Origin: Lama glama
Lineage: Eukaryota
DNA: 64,000 nucleotides
Assembly (NCBI GenBank): GCA_028534125.1
Contig: CM052817.1
Location: 12,650,001 to 12,714,000, forward strand
Reading direction: 5' to 3'
Below the pieces are notes generated by a model that had not been told where the DNA came from, did not search any database, and saw only the letters and a list, made by a program, of their open reading frames with translations. The position numbers and the translations under genes were made by a program. Below, one piece after another: positions 12,091 to 25,079 of this stretch. Position 1 is the stretch's first letter. Each line of letters starts with the position of its first letter.

Positions 12091-12939
12091 CAATGAATTC
12101 CTCTAAGACGTTATAGCCCAGATTATTTCGGCTCTCAGTTTCTACAGGCACTTAGAAAAAGTGTGGCTACAGATAGGCAGGAAGGGGCGTGGTGGGGGCG
12201 TGCTGCAGCGGGGTGGTAGACTTTATTTTCCAAATATGGTCACAAGATCGTCTCCCCTCCTGAAATGCGCTCTATAATGCCCTATCAGGAAGGGATGATT
12301 CCAATCCTTTCTGAAGTCCAAATCTGCTCCTGACTTTCCTGTAGTTTATTTGCTCATCCCTTACTTGAGTTCTGGAAATCAGGATACCATCGTCTCCCAG
12401 CTTTTCCTCTAAAATCATTACAATTAAGTTTCTTTTTCCTACATCTGACAGTGTTAGTACTGCCAAGGACCTGCAGAGTGCCTTGTATTTAGTTAGCACT
12501 CCACATCGGGGTGGGGGTGAGGTTCCCAAACCCAACAATGAGGAGATAAGGATGCATTTTACACCACTTTTGCAGTTGCAAAGAATTATCTTTCTTCATT
12601 ATTCATCTTCTCATATATTTCTCAAGCCCTATTATTATGTAGATTTCCCCCTCCCCCAGCATTTTCACATAGTTAATGTAACCTCAACCCTGATGTTCAG
12701 GAAAATTTGTAACCAAAAAATAATATTTTGATTTCTTAAAGTACTTCGAAGTGCTTAAGTATGTAAGTGAATAGAACCAGGATTCATCATTTTCTCCAGA
12801 AGTCATTTTGAAATACGCTTTACAAAAATGTTATGTAAGGAATGTCAAACCACAATACATGTGTTTTGTGAAAATGCTGAAACATCTGTTTTTAGATGAA
12901 TAACGGTTAAACATTGATGAGAATATCATAGTTTCTTCA

Positions 12940-13140
12940 AAGCACTTCAGATTGTCTTCACATAAATGTACTCATTTGTTTCTCACAATAGGGCTTTTCT
13001 CCTCTTCCCATTTACACATGAAATAATAGTGAAGCCTGGGAAGTTACGTGACTAAAGCACCCAGAAGCCAGACCACAAAGCTGGGTTGTGTGACTGCTTA
13101 GATTTGAACATCTATGTTCTACCTTTACATTCAGTGCACC
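12940..13140 (-). mobile_element. MIR SINE fragment
   Basis: ctcatttgtttctcacaat ... cccatttacacatgaaata ... gaagttacgtgact. Confidence 0.55.
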
Positions 13141-13324
13141 GTATACTGGCTCACAATGAAGCTGACACATTCACTCAGCAAGGATTTACTGGATACATAG
13201 TGTAGAACAGGTGCTGGAAATCCATTGTAATGTGGCAAACCTTCTATTTTTCATCATGGTCTTCTTAATCTAATGAATCAAGTAATGGCACTTATAAGTA
13301 ATAATTAAAAATATAACATTTCCT

Positions 13325-13828
13325 CAAATAACCATGTGATCCAGCAATCCCACTTCTGAGTATATACACAAAAGAGTTCAAAGCGTGGACTCACAGGTAT
13401 CTGTACACCAGTGTTCATAGCAGTGCAAGTCACAGGAGCCAAAAGATGGATGCAAGCTAAGTGCTCATGGACAGATAAATGGATAGACAAAATGTGGGAC
13501 AGACATACAATGGAATATTATTCAGTTCTAAAAAGGAAGGAGATTCGGACACATGCCACAACTTGAAGGAAACCTGAAGTTCCTAGAGTAATCAAATTCA
13601 TAGAGACAGAAAGCAAAATGGTGGTCACCAGGGTCTGGAGTTGGGGGAGAAGAAAATTCATGTTTAAAGGGTATGACGTTTCAGTTCAGGAAGATGGAGA
13701 AGTTCTGCAGACTGATTGTATAACCATGTAAATGTACTTAATGTCACTGAACTATACACTTAAAAATGGTCAAAATGGTGAATTTTATGTTATGTGTATC
13801 TTACCATGAAAAATAAATAAATAAAATA
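13325..13828 (+). mobile_element. L1 (L1MB-like) 3' end, 5'-truncated
   Basis: ORF2-end motif ccatgtgatccagcaatcccacttctgagtatatac, then catacaatggaatattattcag, the 3' UTR motif aaattcatagagacagaaagc, and an A-rich tail. Confidence 0.92.
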
Positions 13829-13889
13829 GGAAAGCATGCCATGTAGTGCACTAAACACGTTATAAATAGAGAGAGAGTTGTCTCATTTT

Positions 13890-14052
13890 GTATCAGTAAT
13901 CATTATTTTCTCCTTGTTACACATGTGCAGTCTAAGATTCAGAGAGGTCAGAACCTTTGTTCAAGGTCACTCAGCGGGATAGCAGCACAGCTAGGCTGTG
14001 ATCGCAGTACTCAGTAACACCAAAACCTGGCGTATTAATCACCATGCTCTAC
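13890..14052 (-). mobile_element. MIR SINE fragment
   Basis: ctaagattcagagaggtcag ... ttcaaggtcactcagc ... ttaatcaccatgct. Confidence 0.7.
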
Positions 14053-14129
14053 CCTTGATTGACAGCATGTGGACGCTGCTGTACACCATTGCTTCTGACT
14101 TCTAACGTCTTGGTCGAGAAGCTACCTGA

Positions 14130-14325
14130 CAGGTGTGTGTCTGTGTGGTATTTATGCTCCTTTGAAAGCTATGTCTTGATTCTCTTGTTTATCCTTTGTT
14201 TTTGATATCCAGCAAATTTACTGTAATGAATCTAGTTGTGATTTATCTCTGTATTCATACCTCATGGAGTTCGTAGACTTTTGTGGCTCAGTGGCTTTAT
14301 AGCCTTTGTAAGTTTTGCAAAATAA
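14130..14325 (-). mobile_element. Old L1 internal fragment
   Basis: ctcctttgaaagctatgtc ... tttatcctttgtttttg ... agcaaatttactgtaatg resembles a reversed L1 ORF1 region. Confidence 0.5.
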
Positions 14326-15339
14326 AGTTTTATAAAGCTATCCAAAGGAAATACAAAGCTATAAACTTAGAAATCGTCATACAATGAATATCTATATTAC
14401 AAATACTCTCAAGAGGACAATGATTTTTATATTTTATTTAGAGAAAGACAGATGTTAAAATTTAGATTTTTCAAGGATTATTCACAAATGTCCACTTAGT
14501 ATGGATACTTTATAAAGTTAGTAGTTCACAGTTGATGGCTATATCTATATACTTTACATAAAATAAACTTCTCATGCCAATTTCTTTTATTTCTTGATAG
14601 TCTATATCCCTCTAGTAGCAGAAAAGAATCATAAAGGTATTCAAATCTATTTATGATAAATCCAAGAGTTGTCTCTCCTTCAAATTGATAGTCAGGAGGA
14701 AAGTATTTGTCCAGACTCTGACAGACAACCTCACAATTTTTTTTCTTTAAATCTGAGATACACCCAGGACAATGATGCATGGCTTCCTGTTGCTTAAAAT
14801 GTTAGTCTGGGCATGAGTCAGATGTCAAAAAAGCAAACTTAGAGGAAAATCTCTTTCATTTACTGGGATAGTATGAAAAGTCACAGTCATGTGGATGCCT
14901 ATAGACACTGTATTTGAAAATAAACACTCAATGGCAGTGGTCTTGTTTTGGTACCAGTTATCATAGTAGGGAAATGGCATAACTCACTGCTTAGTGAGTC
15001 ACGGAGATGGGTCAGGAGAGGTAAATGCCAGCTGGTGGTTGGAACCAAGCAACATTATAGTGATGAAGTTGATGTTTCTTGAGGTTGGGTTGATAATGGT
15101 GGTGTCAGAATCATAAGGAAAAAATCACAATAGGACCATTTTACTTTGGCTTTAAAGAGTGTGCGCATCATTATTAGATGTACACTTTGCTTTGTATACC
15201 CAACCTGTAAAGTGGGTAGGGCACACCTGGAAAGACACACAAAAGGATTTGTCTGAGGTCCTAAAATTTGAAGTGTAAAATATAGAGCATCAGACTTGGG
15301 ATTTAAAGCAAGCCTTCCATTTGTCTTACAAGAAATTTG

Positions 15340-15840
15340 CAATCTGTGTTTGTTGAGCACCTACTAGAGGTAAAGCAGTGAACCTAGTGCTTGGGAAACA
15401 ATAACAGGACAGAATGAAAGTCTGAAATTTTAGAGGCTTAGAAGTCTAGTAAGAGGGACCAAAAAAAAAAAACTCTCTCTACATGTATTTTATATATTAT
15501 GTATATATAAAAATATATTTCACAGGAAATTTACAGCGTCGTACGGTAGAGTAAATGGAAAGACAGCAAACCTCACCTAGTACTTTTCCCAGGATTGCTG
15601 AAGGATCACCGACCGGAAGTCTTAGAGAAGAAAAGAGAGAATGACATCTCAGACGGAAAGGATAGCCTGCTCAAAAGAACGGAGAAAAGTGGACACGGCC
15701 AGATTACAAAATGCGTGTTGTGATACGATATGTTGGTGAGGGGAGGTCAGCGTGGCTAAAATCATAAAGAGCCCTAGCGTTTCCACATCTATCTGCTGGA
15801 GATGATAGTGGCTATGCTGATCCTGAAGGCAGCATGCCTG
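15340..15840 (-). mobile_element. L2 LINE fragment
   Basis: tttgttgagcacctactag ... gtgcttgggaaacaataa and downstream L2-like segments. Confidence 0.65.
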
Positions 15841-16717
15841 ATCAGTGTAATAACACAGAGATTTTCCCAGTCGCCGGAGCATCAGGGGCTTACAGCTCTC
15901 GGCTGACTTTCTGGGGAATTGTCCTCAGCTGAAGAAAGCCTCTTCACCCATGGCCAAGCCTCCAGGCAACTGCTGTCAATATGAGAGGTCCTCTTGCCTC
16001 TGCTTGGGGCAACTTTGGGAGGCCATCTCAGCCCCAAAATTCCCTCTAGAATTGGCTGTGGATGCTGGGACCGCTGGTAGCCCGCCACATCCTCCTGCCT
16101 GGACCTGCGTCCTCACTCCCACACAGGTGTTGCCCCCTAGCACTCTCCAGCCAACTTCCGAAACACAAATCTATCTCAGGGTTTATTTTCCCAGTGTCTT
16201 AACCACCTTTCCCAGGGTTGTTAAAAATCTAGGGAAAAAAATATGTGTAAAAAGCTTTTCCCCTAGATGACACCCTTCATGAACCCTAATTATAAAATCA
16301 ACTATTATGTAAAACAGGTATTAACTGTGGACAGCTGGAGAGTCTATAATGGCTGGGATGTCAGAGACAGACTATAGAGTATTAAGTTCAAACCCTTCAC
16401 CTAATTGCCCACATTGTTATTAATTCCTTATTGAAGTTACCAAAGTAATACTTGCACATGATTAAACAAAGAAATTGCATGGAATGGCCTATGATTTCAA
16501 AAAAAAAAAAGCCTCCTGTCTGACCCACCTCTACCACCATCACATCCATTATACAATCCCTGTCCAACACTCCATTTCTTAGCTACAATCATTCTTTTTT
16601 TTGTTTATTCCCCTGAAGTTTCCTTCCTAATGCTAAATTGTATCTTTGCTACCTTTATTAATGATCAACTTCATATGCTGCCTCTTCACTTCAGTTCCTA
16701 CCTTTCCATTCCAAACT

Positions 16718-16945
16718 TCTTTTTTTAATTGAAGTATTGCTGATTTACTATGTTGTGTCAGTTACACAGCAGCATAGTGATTCAGTTACACGTAGTGATC
16801 AGTTACACATCTATGTATTCTTTTTCATATTCTTTTTCATTATAGGGTATTACAAGATATTGAATATAGCTTCCCCTGTGCTGTACAGTAGGACCCTGTT
16901 GCTTACCGATTTTATATATAGTAGTTTGTATCTGCAAACCCCAAA
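16718..16945 (-). mobile_element. Lineage-specific (cetartiodactyl/camelid) L1 3' end, 5'-truncated
   Basis: Poly-T, then ttgaagtattgctgatttac ... tattacaagatattgaatatagcttcccctgtgctgtacagtaggacc. Similar to the copies at 32459 and 37721. It sits in older decayed L1-like sequence. Confidence 0.9.
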
Positions 16946-17571
16946 CAACCTTTTGATTGTTAAAATTTTATTACTTTAGTAAAACTGTTACCCTTAAATG
17001 ATAGTCTCAAACCTCTATCGGTTATTCTGTAGTTAAAGGTAATATCTCTCGACTTGATGTGATGTTAGATAAGGATGTTAGCATCTCTCTCTTCCTTCTC
17101 CCTCTTGCTTCCTTCTATGTTTATCTACATGTTTGGTCCCTTTGTGTCTTAATAGACAAGATTTGAAAATGCTCAGTAACCAAAATTCAGCCCTTTACTT
17201 GATGACACAAACAAAGTTTACATTTTTGTGACTCATTCAACACTGTGTACTACATAACAAAGGAGAGTGCTTGAGTGAACATGTCCTTTACTACAGCCTC
17301 AATTTAATAACCTTAGTGGCATTGTAACACATGCAACACAGGTGTCAGATCAAATATCTCTTTCCTTATCCTCCACTGATTGCTCAAAATCATGCCACAT
17401 TTTGCTTTGCATATTATTTTGAAAATACATGTCTCTATTTCTCTTCACAAAATTTTATTTTCCTCTCTTGGTCTCTAAAACTCTGGCATGTATGTGCCCC
17501 ATAACAGCTATGTCAGTCCCAAGCTTAAGTGAGTATTCCTTTCCAGACACTTCTCTTGTGTTTACCTATTC

Positions 17572-17788
17572 TCTGGTTTCTCCACCAGGGCACTGTTCGC
17601 ATGCTGGGCTGTACAGTTTGTTGTTCTGGGGGCTGACCTGTGTGTTGCAGGATTTTTCTCAGCATCCTTGGCCTCTACCCCCTAAATGCCAGGAGCATCC
17701 TCTCTTCCCAAGTTGTGACAATGAAGTGTCTGTAGATATTGCCAGATGTCATCTGGGATTTAAAATCCTCCCCAGTTCAGAACCACTG
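17572..17788 (-). mobile_element. MER20 (hAT-Charlie MITE)
   Basis: Near full-length reverse match: cagcatccttggcctctaccc-taaatgccagg ... gttgtgacaa ... attgccagatgtc ... gaaccactg. Confidence 0.9.
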
Positions 17789-19117
17789 ATCAGTACAAAT
17801 TAGTTATATAACCTAATGTACCATATGCTCCTTTTCAAGACTGACAAAGCTGAAGATGCCGCCCTCTGGTAATCTTCCTGCTCTTTCCTCAGCCTTCAGA
17901 ATGGTTCACAGGGAGTGGGATAAAAGCTTTCTTCTCCAGGTCTTATGGTGGATGTATTTCTCTTTTAGAAAGATTGACTGACAGGCCGACATAATTACCA
18001 ACAACACCCACATGATGGTGAATATGTTTTGCAAACTGAGTAAACTGAGTTGATAAGGCTAAATACCATTTGCAAGACCTGCTTCTTCACAAAAAGCCTT
18101 GGCATTGATGTGACTCTAGTTGTGGGCACATGATTTCATCTTTGTGACCTTCTCATTATGAGTCATAATACTGATTACAACCATCAACTAACAATCAACA
18201 AGAAGAAGAGCGTTAAATATAGAACCAAGGCAGAACACGATTTAAAAACATTCAGCGAGGGAAATAACACCTCCAGGACTTAAGGGTCCTCGTGGTAGGA
18301 AAAAGTTCCAGTTCCTCAGCCGGCCCATCCCCCAGCCAGCTTTTCAGGAATTAGAGAAGGAAAATCTGGATTGCATTTTAAGAATAGGAAATCTAACTTA
18401 ATGCCCTTAAATTTAAACCAGTAGGCTCAGAGAATATATTTTCCCAACCTTTAATTCTTCAATCAAGAGAAAACAGAGTACTGGAAATCCGTAGAAGGCA
18501 AGTAACATTTTTTTTAGTCCCTTCTAAATCCAGATACTCACAGAGAACTTTTAACCTATCCAATCCTTTAATACTTACAGTGTTTATCACCTCCTCTGTT
18601 ACCCTGACTCCCTCAGAGAAGCAAAATCATTTACTCGAGGTCTCACAGCTGGTAACCAGAAGTGCTTTGGTTCAAATTGGTGTCTTCTGTTATCAGGCTG
18701 CATTCTGCTATTCTGACTTCAATGAAGATGATAACTTTCTTTGGGAAAGAGATGATCTTTCATACTACACAGCACCTCTGACGCAGAAGAAGTAGCTGCT
18801 TCTCTTTGCTTACCTATAGAGAGGCACACTTTATGGCCTTCTGCTGAGAGGAATGGGACAGAAAGATTTCCAACACTGATGAGCTGCTACTGTTTGATTA
18901 TTGAGCCTTATTAAGTCTACTTAAGAAACTTATTTATGAGAAATAGAATAATAACGTTCCATGTCAGTGCACCAAATGTTCAAGAAAACTCATAAGCTCA
19001 TGAAGAGTGAGAATTTATACTTGTGATTCCAAAGAATTCACATCTATTTCCTGCCTGCCACCTACAGGCCAGACTTTGGGCCAGGGAGTTAGGATTTTGA
19101 GTTATATAAGTATTGTG

Positions 19118-19564
19118 CCTGAATTAATTTCTTAGAGCTGCTGTAACAAGTCCCCCAAAGTGAAGTGACTTAAAACAACAGAATTTTTTTTCTATCACAT
19201 TTTGCAGGCCAGGAGTCAGTGATCAAGCTGTCAAACACACTCACTCTGAAGGCTCTAGGAAAAGATGTTTCCTTGTCTCTCCCAGCTTCTGGGGGCTCCA
19301 GGCATTCCTTGGCTTGTGGCGGCATCTCTCTAATCTCTGCCTTTGTCTTCCATCTTCTCCCTCTGTGTCATTTCCTCTTCTGTCTGTCATAAGGACACGT
19401 GTCACTGGGTTTAGAGCACACCAGATTATCCAGGATGATCTCATATTTGAGATCCTTAACTTAATTACATCCACAAACATCCTTTTCCCAAATCAAGCCA
19501 AACTCACAGGATCTCAGATTTAGCATGTGGACATAGTTTGAGGGGCATGATTCAACCCACTACA
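19118..19564 (-). mobile_element. MaLR LTR (MLT1C-like)
   Basis: gctgctgtaacaa ... cttaaaacaacagaa ... ccaggcattccttggcttgtggc ... atccaggatgatctcat ... ttcaacccactaca. Confidence 0.9.
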
Positions 19565-19859
19565 GTCTCTTACCTAGAAGAACTTCCAGCTTAACATGGG
19601 AGATTGACCGGCAAAGAAATAAGTGGAAAAATTGTATAACTGCTGTGACTGAGGTCTGTTGAGGGGATAATGCGAACACAAAGGAGTGAGACAAAGGAGT
19701 GAAACACATATCATCTGGAGAGATTCAAGAAAAGCTTTTCACAAAGAAGGTAGTCTGTGAGCTTGGTCTTGAAACACAAGAAGAATGAAAATATGGAAGA
19801 ATAAAACTAGTTTGGACTTCTTAAGCAGAAGTGGTACCCTCTATTCCATCACCGGCAGA

Positions 19860-20350
19860 TGTATTTTGTTTGGCCCACACAATATTTGCCTACACAATGT
19901 TTAGGTTAATTGAATGAGTCGCTAATATTTAAGTCCTGGGACACAATACTCTGAACATCCTGCTTCTTTGGAAAGAGTGGAGTATCTGGCAATTTTGGCC
20001 AATATGAGTGCATGACAAAAATCATCTGGCACTGAGTAGAAGTGCTACCTTTGGATGGAGCCTGCAAGTTCCAGTTTTAAAATGACCGTACAACTGCCTG
20101 TCGTTTACATTATAATCAGGTCAAGTGTCAAGTGCCACTTGTTGTTGTTATTGTACTAGTGCTGTTTTCTGTAGGAGAGACTCAGGAGGAAGGACAAATT
20201 TAATTTTACCCATGTTTCTATTAAAAGTGGGAAAGTAGATGATAGAGAGGACTTGGCGATTTAAAAAAATAAGTGAGAACGCACACTTGCATATGCATGG
20301 GAAGAAGTCTGTTTTTTCTTTTTTCCTTTAAAATGTCAAGTGCATCTAGG
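19860..20350. mobile_element. hAT-Charlie DNA transposon (MER113/MER112-like)
   Basis: tttgtttggcccacaca ... gcttctttggaaagagtggagtatctggcaa ... ctggcactgagtag matches the recalled consensus. Confidence 0.55.
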
Positions 20351-21271
20351 TGAAAATAGAAATTTTTATCATCCTTGTTCATTTATATTTCCTGCGCATT
20401 TTGCTTCTGTGAGCATTTGAGCTTCCAACCCTTGCCTTTCACATCTTAGATCAGGTAGGATATGTTGACAAGTAGAGAAGTTTCTAATACAAAAAAATTG
20501 AACTACCGTAGTCCTCACTGCTTTCTCATTGTTAAGCAGAGAACTGATATTTGGAAGAAACTGGATGTCCTGGCTTGGGGCCAGAACATGCACTAGGCAT
20601 TGGCTGTTCCTGTTCCCTCAAAAGCCAGGCCAACTAACAGAACTCTTGTCTTCATGCGACCTTCTCCTCTGTCTGTGTATTTTCTTCTTCTGTTTATTAT
20701 GTCTGACATGCATCGCTGGGTTTCGGGCACACCCAGATCTCCCTGCCTGTGGCCCAAAGCTTCAGAAATATTCCCGCACAGCAGGACAGCTATTGGCAAA
20801 ACATAAGCATACACTGATCCAGACCAAAGAATATCTGGGCTTTTGGGGGCTGTGGATTTGGAGGTGTTCCTCATGCGTGTTTTCAGGTAAGAAACATGCA
20901 ACTAAATGTGCTAATTGGCTTATTATTCAATCTACAGTTTGGAGAAATTGGTATCTCTCAGTAAGACCTCCATTTAAGATTTGAGATTAGGATAGTAACT
21001 AATAGAATTTTTAAATAGGAATGGAGACACTTTTAAATTGCAGACATGTAAGGCTTGCCAGTTTACAACGTCCAAAATCCTATTTGGTGACTAATAGTAC
21101 ACAGTCACCTTGCTAACACTGAAAGGAGGCCTGCTAATCCAGTATGAGAGAGTTGTTCCAGGGAGCCGAGAGTCATTCTCTGACAATTAATAAAGACAAT
21201 AAAAATCCCCAAAGAAATTTTAAATCTTAAGGCTCAAGGCTACAACCTAAATAATTAAAAGCAAATTCTGG

Positions 21272-21375
21272 TGAGTTCTGGGAAGATGGCAGCAGTGGTG
21301 GCAGCATAGGTTTTGGATTTTCCCAAATGCCTACAAAAACAAAGGAAACAACTACATAGTGGAACATCAAACCTG

Positions 21376-21406
<31 letters not shown>

Positions 21407-24110
21407 ACGTGTGTAACATGAAGTGACAAGGTATCCCCATAGAAGCCAAAATATAAAAACTTGTTAAAAAAAAAAACAAACCAAGAGTTACAAGACTCTT
21501 ATGTTATCACTGGAAAACATGGCAGGATATTTTAGAGCAAAGCTGAATCTGGAAGGAGGTTTATTCACTCAAGGAATATGCGAGTACAGAGGGTCTGTTA
21601 GGGAACTTTAGGAGCTGAAGAAGCCCATTCCTTATGAACTCTAGAAATTGACCAGCTTGGGAGCCATTACAGGACAGGGTCTCACACTACAGACCCTGCT
21701 GTGAGTGGGAGCACAATTGGGTGGAATACAATAAAAATAGACAAAAATAAATAGAGCCAGATATAAGTAGAAGACAGGGACAGAGTCAAGGAATATCAGA
21801 AATCAAGGTACCATATTTTAGATTACTTCATTAAAAAAACAGAAAGGAAAAAAATCTAGCTAAACCATGTCTCCTAAAAGTTTAGAAAAAAATAAATTCT
21901 CATGAAGATGAACAACAGAAGGTTATCAAGCCAGGCACCATACAAAGTTATAATAAGGTAGAAAAAAATAAGGAGCAAAATAATATATCTCTATATCACA
22001 AAATCACATCAAATAGATAAAAAAAGATCAAAACCATAACATACAGTATAAAAGAGCTATAAAGAATCAAAAATGATATACGATATGAAACAATATAAAT
22101 CATAATTTGAAAAAACTCAGAAATGAGTTAAAGTAGTCAGAAAAGAATTAGGACTAAAAGAAGGAGGTACATCAGGAATAAACACAAAACTGAAAGGAAA
22201 TTAAGAGTTAATAAACACAATAAATAATGCCTCAAGAGAATTAAAAGGAAGAAAATTAATTCTCTTCTTAAAGTGAGGAAAGCAACTAAAAGGATGCAAT
22301 AAAAAGAAAATATTGAAAACAAGCAAATAGGTACAGCTTACAAACAAAGTAAACTCTGAAGAATAAAGAAACAAAGCAAGAGAACAGAAGAAATATTAAA
22401 AGTTATAATGCAAGAAAATTTTCCTAAAGTTAAAAAATAGAGCTGCAACTACATATAGAAAGTATATACTATGCACAAACTCAGAAAAATTAACACCCAT
22501 TTTATATTCTAGTAAAATGTCTGGATGTTAGAAAAAGTCCTTTGGGCAATGAAACAATACTAGCAAATGATATATGAGGGAAAGAGAATTACATTATCAT
22601 CAGAATTCTTGACAACCCTTGTACCAAAAGAAAATGGCATAAAATGTTTAAGATATTTAATAAAAGAAAATGTGAATCAAAGAGTTTATATTTAGCAAAA
22701 CTGAATAAATAAATTGTGATTAGCATTTAATAATTCAGAGAAAGCCTGAGGCTTTCCTAAAGAATCAATTGGAGACCGAGTTTCACACAGCTATAATGAA
22801 TAGAGAGATATCTAGATCATGGTCAGTGGTGATAATTATATATTCAAGTTTTTTTATAGAATCAAGAATAAATGACAATAACAAGGGAAGCACTAGAGTG
22901 TGTAATGACTATGTGAGCTGACATTGTGAATACAGATAAATTATAAAAAGCAGGATTGAGGATAGCACACGCAAAAAAAATGAACAGTTTTCAGAAATAA
23001 CAAATGATGATTATTATTTTTTTCATTCTTTATACCCCTCAGAACCAGGATATTCAATGTGGAAGAAGAAAAGATGTAATTTAGAAGAAGTTAAGTAAAA
23101 ATACTCTGTTCCTCAATTTGAATTAGAAATAGTATGAGCTCAGATCTATTTAGCTGTATACATTTACCTATCTTTTCTGTCTATATGTATACATTTATCT
23201 ATCTACCTACCAATAATGAGTAACTCAGTAGCAGTGAACACCTCTGCACCCAGACTGTTGTCTTGAGATACTATTTCTTATGAAAATAATTTGATCCATC
23301 TTGGGAAAATCTGGCTGAATCTGAGTCTGAAGGAAAAAACACCCAGTGAATCTGGAACATCTGGACACATTAGATAGCAAAGACATTATTAAAGACCATA
23401 GGGTTGTATCAATAGACTCAGAGGCAAGCTTGAAGAGGCCACCACTGGCAACAGATGAGAAAAATTGAGCTTCCACAAGTGTATTAACTGCAATGGATTG
23501 AAATATATATTGAAATATATTTGATATATTTCAATCCATGAGTTCATATGATTAAAAAACTAACTAGTTATTTCTCTAAAGATCACAGGGAACCAATTTA
23601 CTATCTTGCAAGTTGAATAAATGATATGAACAAATCAAGCACTTTGCCTTTTTCCCTGCAGGAAGTATACCACTGAGTAAACAAATAGTAGATAAATTAA
23701 ATAATTTTCTTATACAATCATTTGTTATTAAAATTAAAATTAAATTTCAGAATTAAAATATCAACATTTTAAGCCCTTTTAAATGAAAGAATCCAGACAT
23801 TGAATATCACTAGTTGCTAACAACACAAAATAGGAAAACCAGGGGGTTATAATGAAAGAACAAAGGTATCTATAATTTTACCATAAAGATAGCACTTTAG
23901 TTTGATGACATCCCTAGATCCAGCAGCCAATTTGGGGTACATACAGAGATCAGGGGAAGAAGTTAAACTACATCATAATTAATTGACAAAATCCTGACTG
24001 TGAGAAACTCTAGGTAAAATGTCCTGGGTATCTGAGGGATAAACTGAAAGGAAAAGAAAGAGGTAGAGGGGGAAACTATATAGCTTTAAAGAGAGAAGAC
24101 ATCATCAAGT
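21272..24110 (+). mobile_element. Ancient L1 (L1MC4-like) with 5' UTR, decayed ORF1 and 3' UTR but no recognisable ORF2
   Basis: 5' motif GGGAAGATGGC. ORF1p remnants EILKVIMQENFPKVK (about 22390), EGKRITLSSEF and TKRKWHKMFKIFNKRKCESKSLYLAKL (22623-22703). L1MC4-type 3' sequence from about 23225. Confidence 0.75.
21380..21406 (+). repeat. (TG)13 microsatellite
   Basis: Read directly from the sequence. Confidence 0.97.
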
Positions 24111-24869
24111 TTAAAAATATCTTGATATTAAAAATATCTGGAATATCTTGAAGTCACATCCATACTGTTACCGATTATAGTTTGACTTCTTTCCAAGCAA
24201 TTCAGTAAACACTTAACTTTTTCAAATTAGAAGGTGAATTTCTCCTTGTAAGACTTATTTATAAAACATAGTAATGAGAATTTTTAGGAAAAAGATGGCC
24301 ATATCTTGAATTTTAACTTCCTCTGGTCCTCTTTCCCATCTCAGTACTTAAAAATATTCTGTTTCCTTTGCCTGGAATTGTATCTGATAGCTTATCATTC
24401 TTCAGATCTGTGCCTAACACATCAACTCCTGAGACATAATGTACTGACCATCCTTTTATACTTAAATATTTACTAGCTGAAAAAAAGGTGTATTCCTCAG
24501 AAAAATAAATTCCTGTTTTGTTCACTTTGGACCATGCTGTATACAGCTGCCCATATGAGAAGTGGCTGAAAATCAGGGCTCATAAATGCAATCAGTAGTA
24601 ACGTGGGTGATCTCATTTGAAACCACCCTGTGTTTCCTTTATCCATGGCATCTGACTATCCATGAAATGTCTCTCAAAGCTTTCTCACGACACCTTATTT
24701 TTAGTAGGTATGGAAAATATTTTTCTTTGATGTCCTCCCTACCCCACATACACAGAATCTTGAAAGGCAAATTTTTTCTTATGTTGTATAGCTTCTAATT
24801 AAAATCATTCCATCTATATCCATCCTCCAATTTTGTGATAATTTGTTTAGTCATCTTTTTTTGCTAAAT

Positions 24870-25070
24870 GGTAACATAGAAAGAATTTTGCATTACTTAT
24901 ACAGATTTACTTGTTTGTATGTTTAATGCCTGGTCTCCCCATACTTTAGACATTGTAGTTCATGGAAACTGTAACTATATATAGAGAATATATTCTTCTC
25001 ATCATTAAACCCAGTGCCTAGCATCATACCCAAGACATAGAAGGTAGCTCAAGTGACTAAACAAATGTAC
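24870..25070 (+). mobile_element. L2 3' end
   Basis: cccagtgcctagcatcatacccaagacatagaaggtagctcaa. Confidence 0.7.
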
Positions 25071-25079
25071 TTTGTTACT

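Noticed and set aside
19678..19703. Short direct repeats (ACAAAGGAGTGA x2; similar pairs near 18033 and 59566)
   Set aside because: Ordinary slippage-scale duplications with no regular repeat-spacer array.
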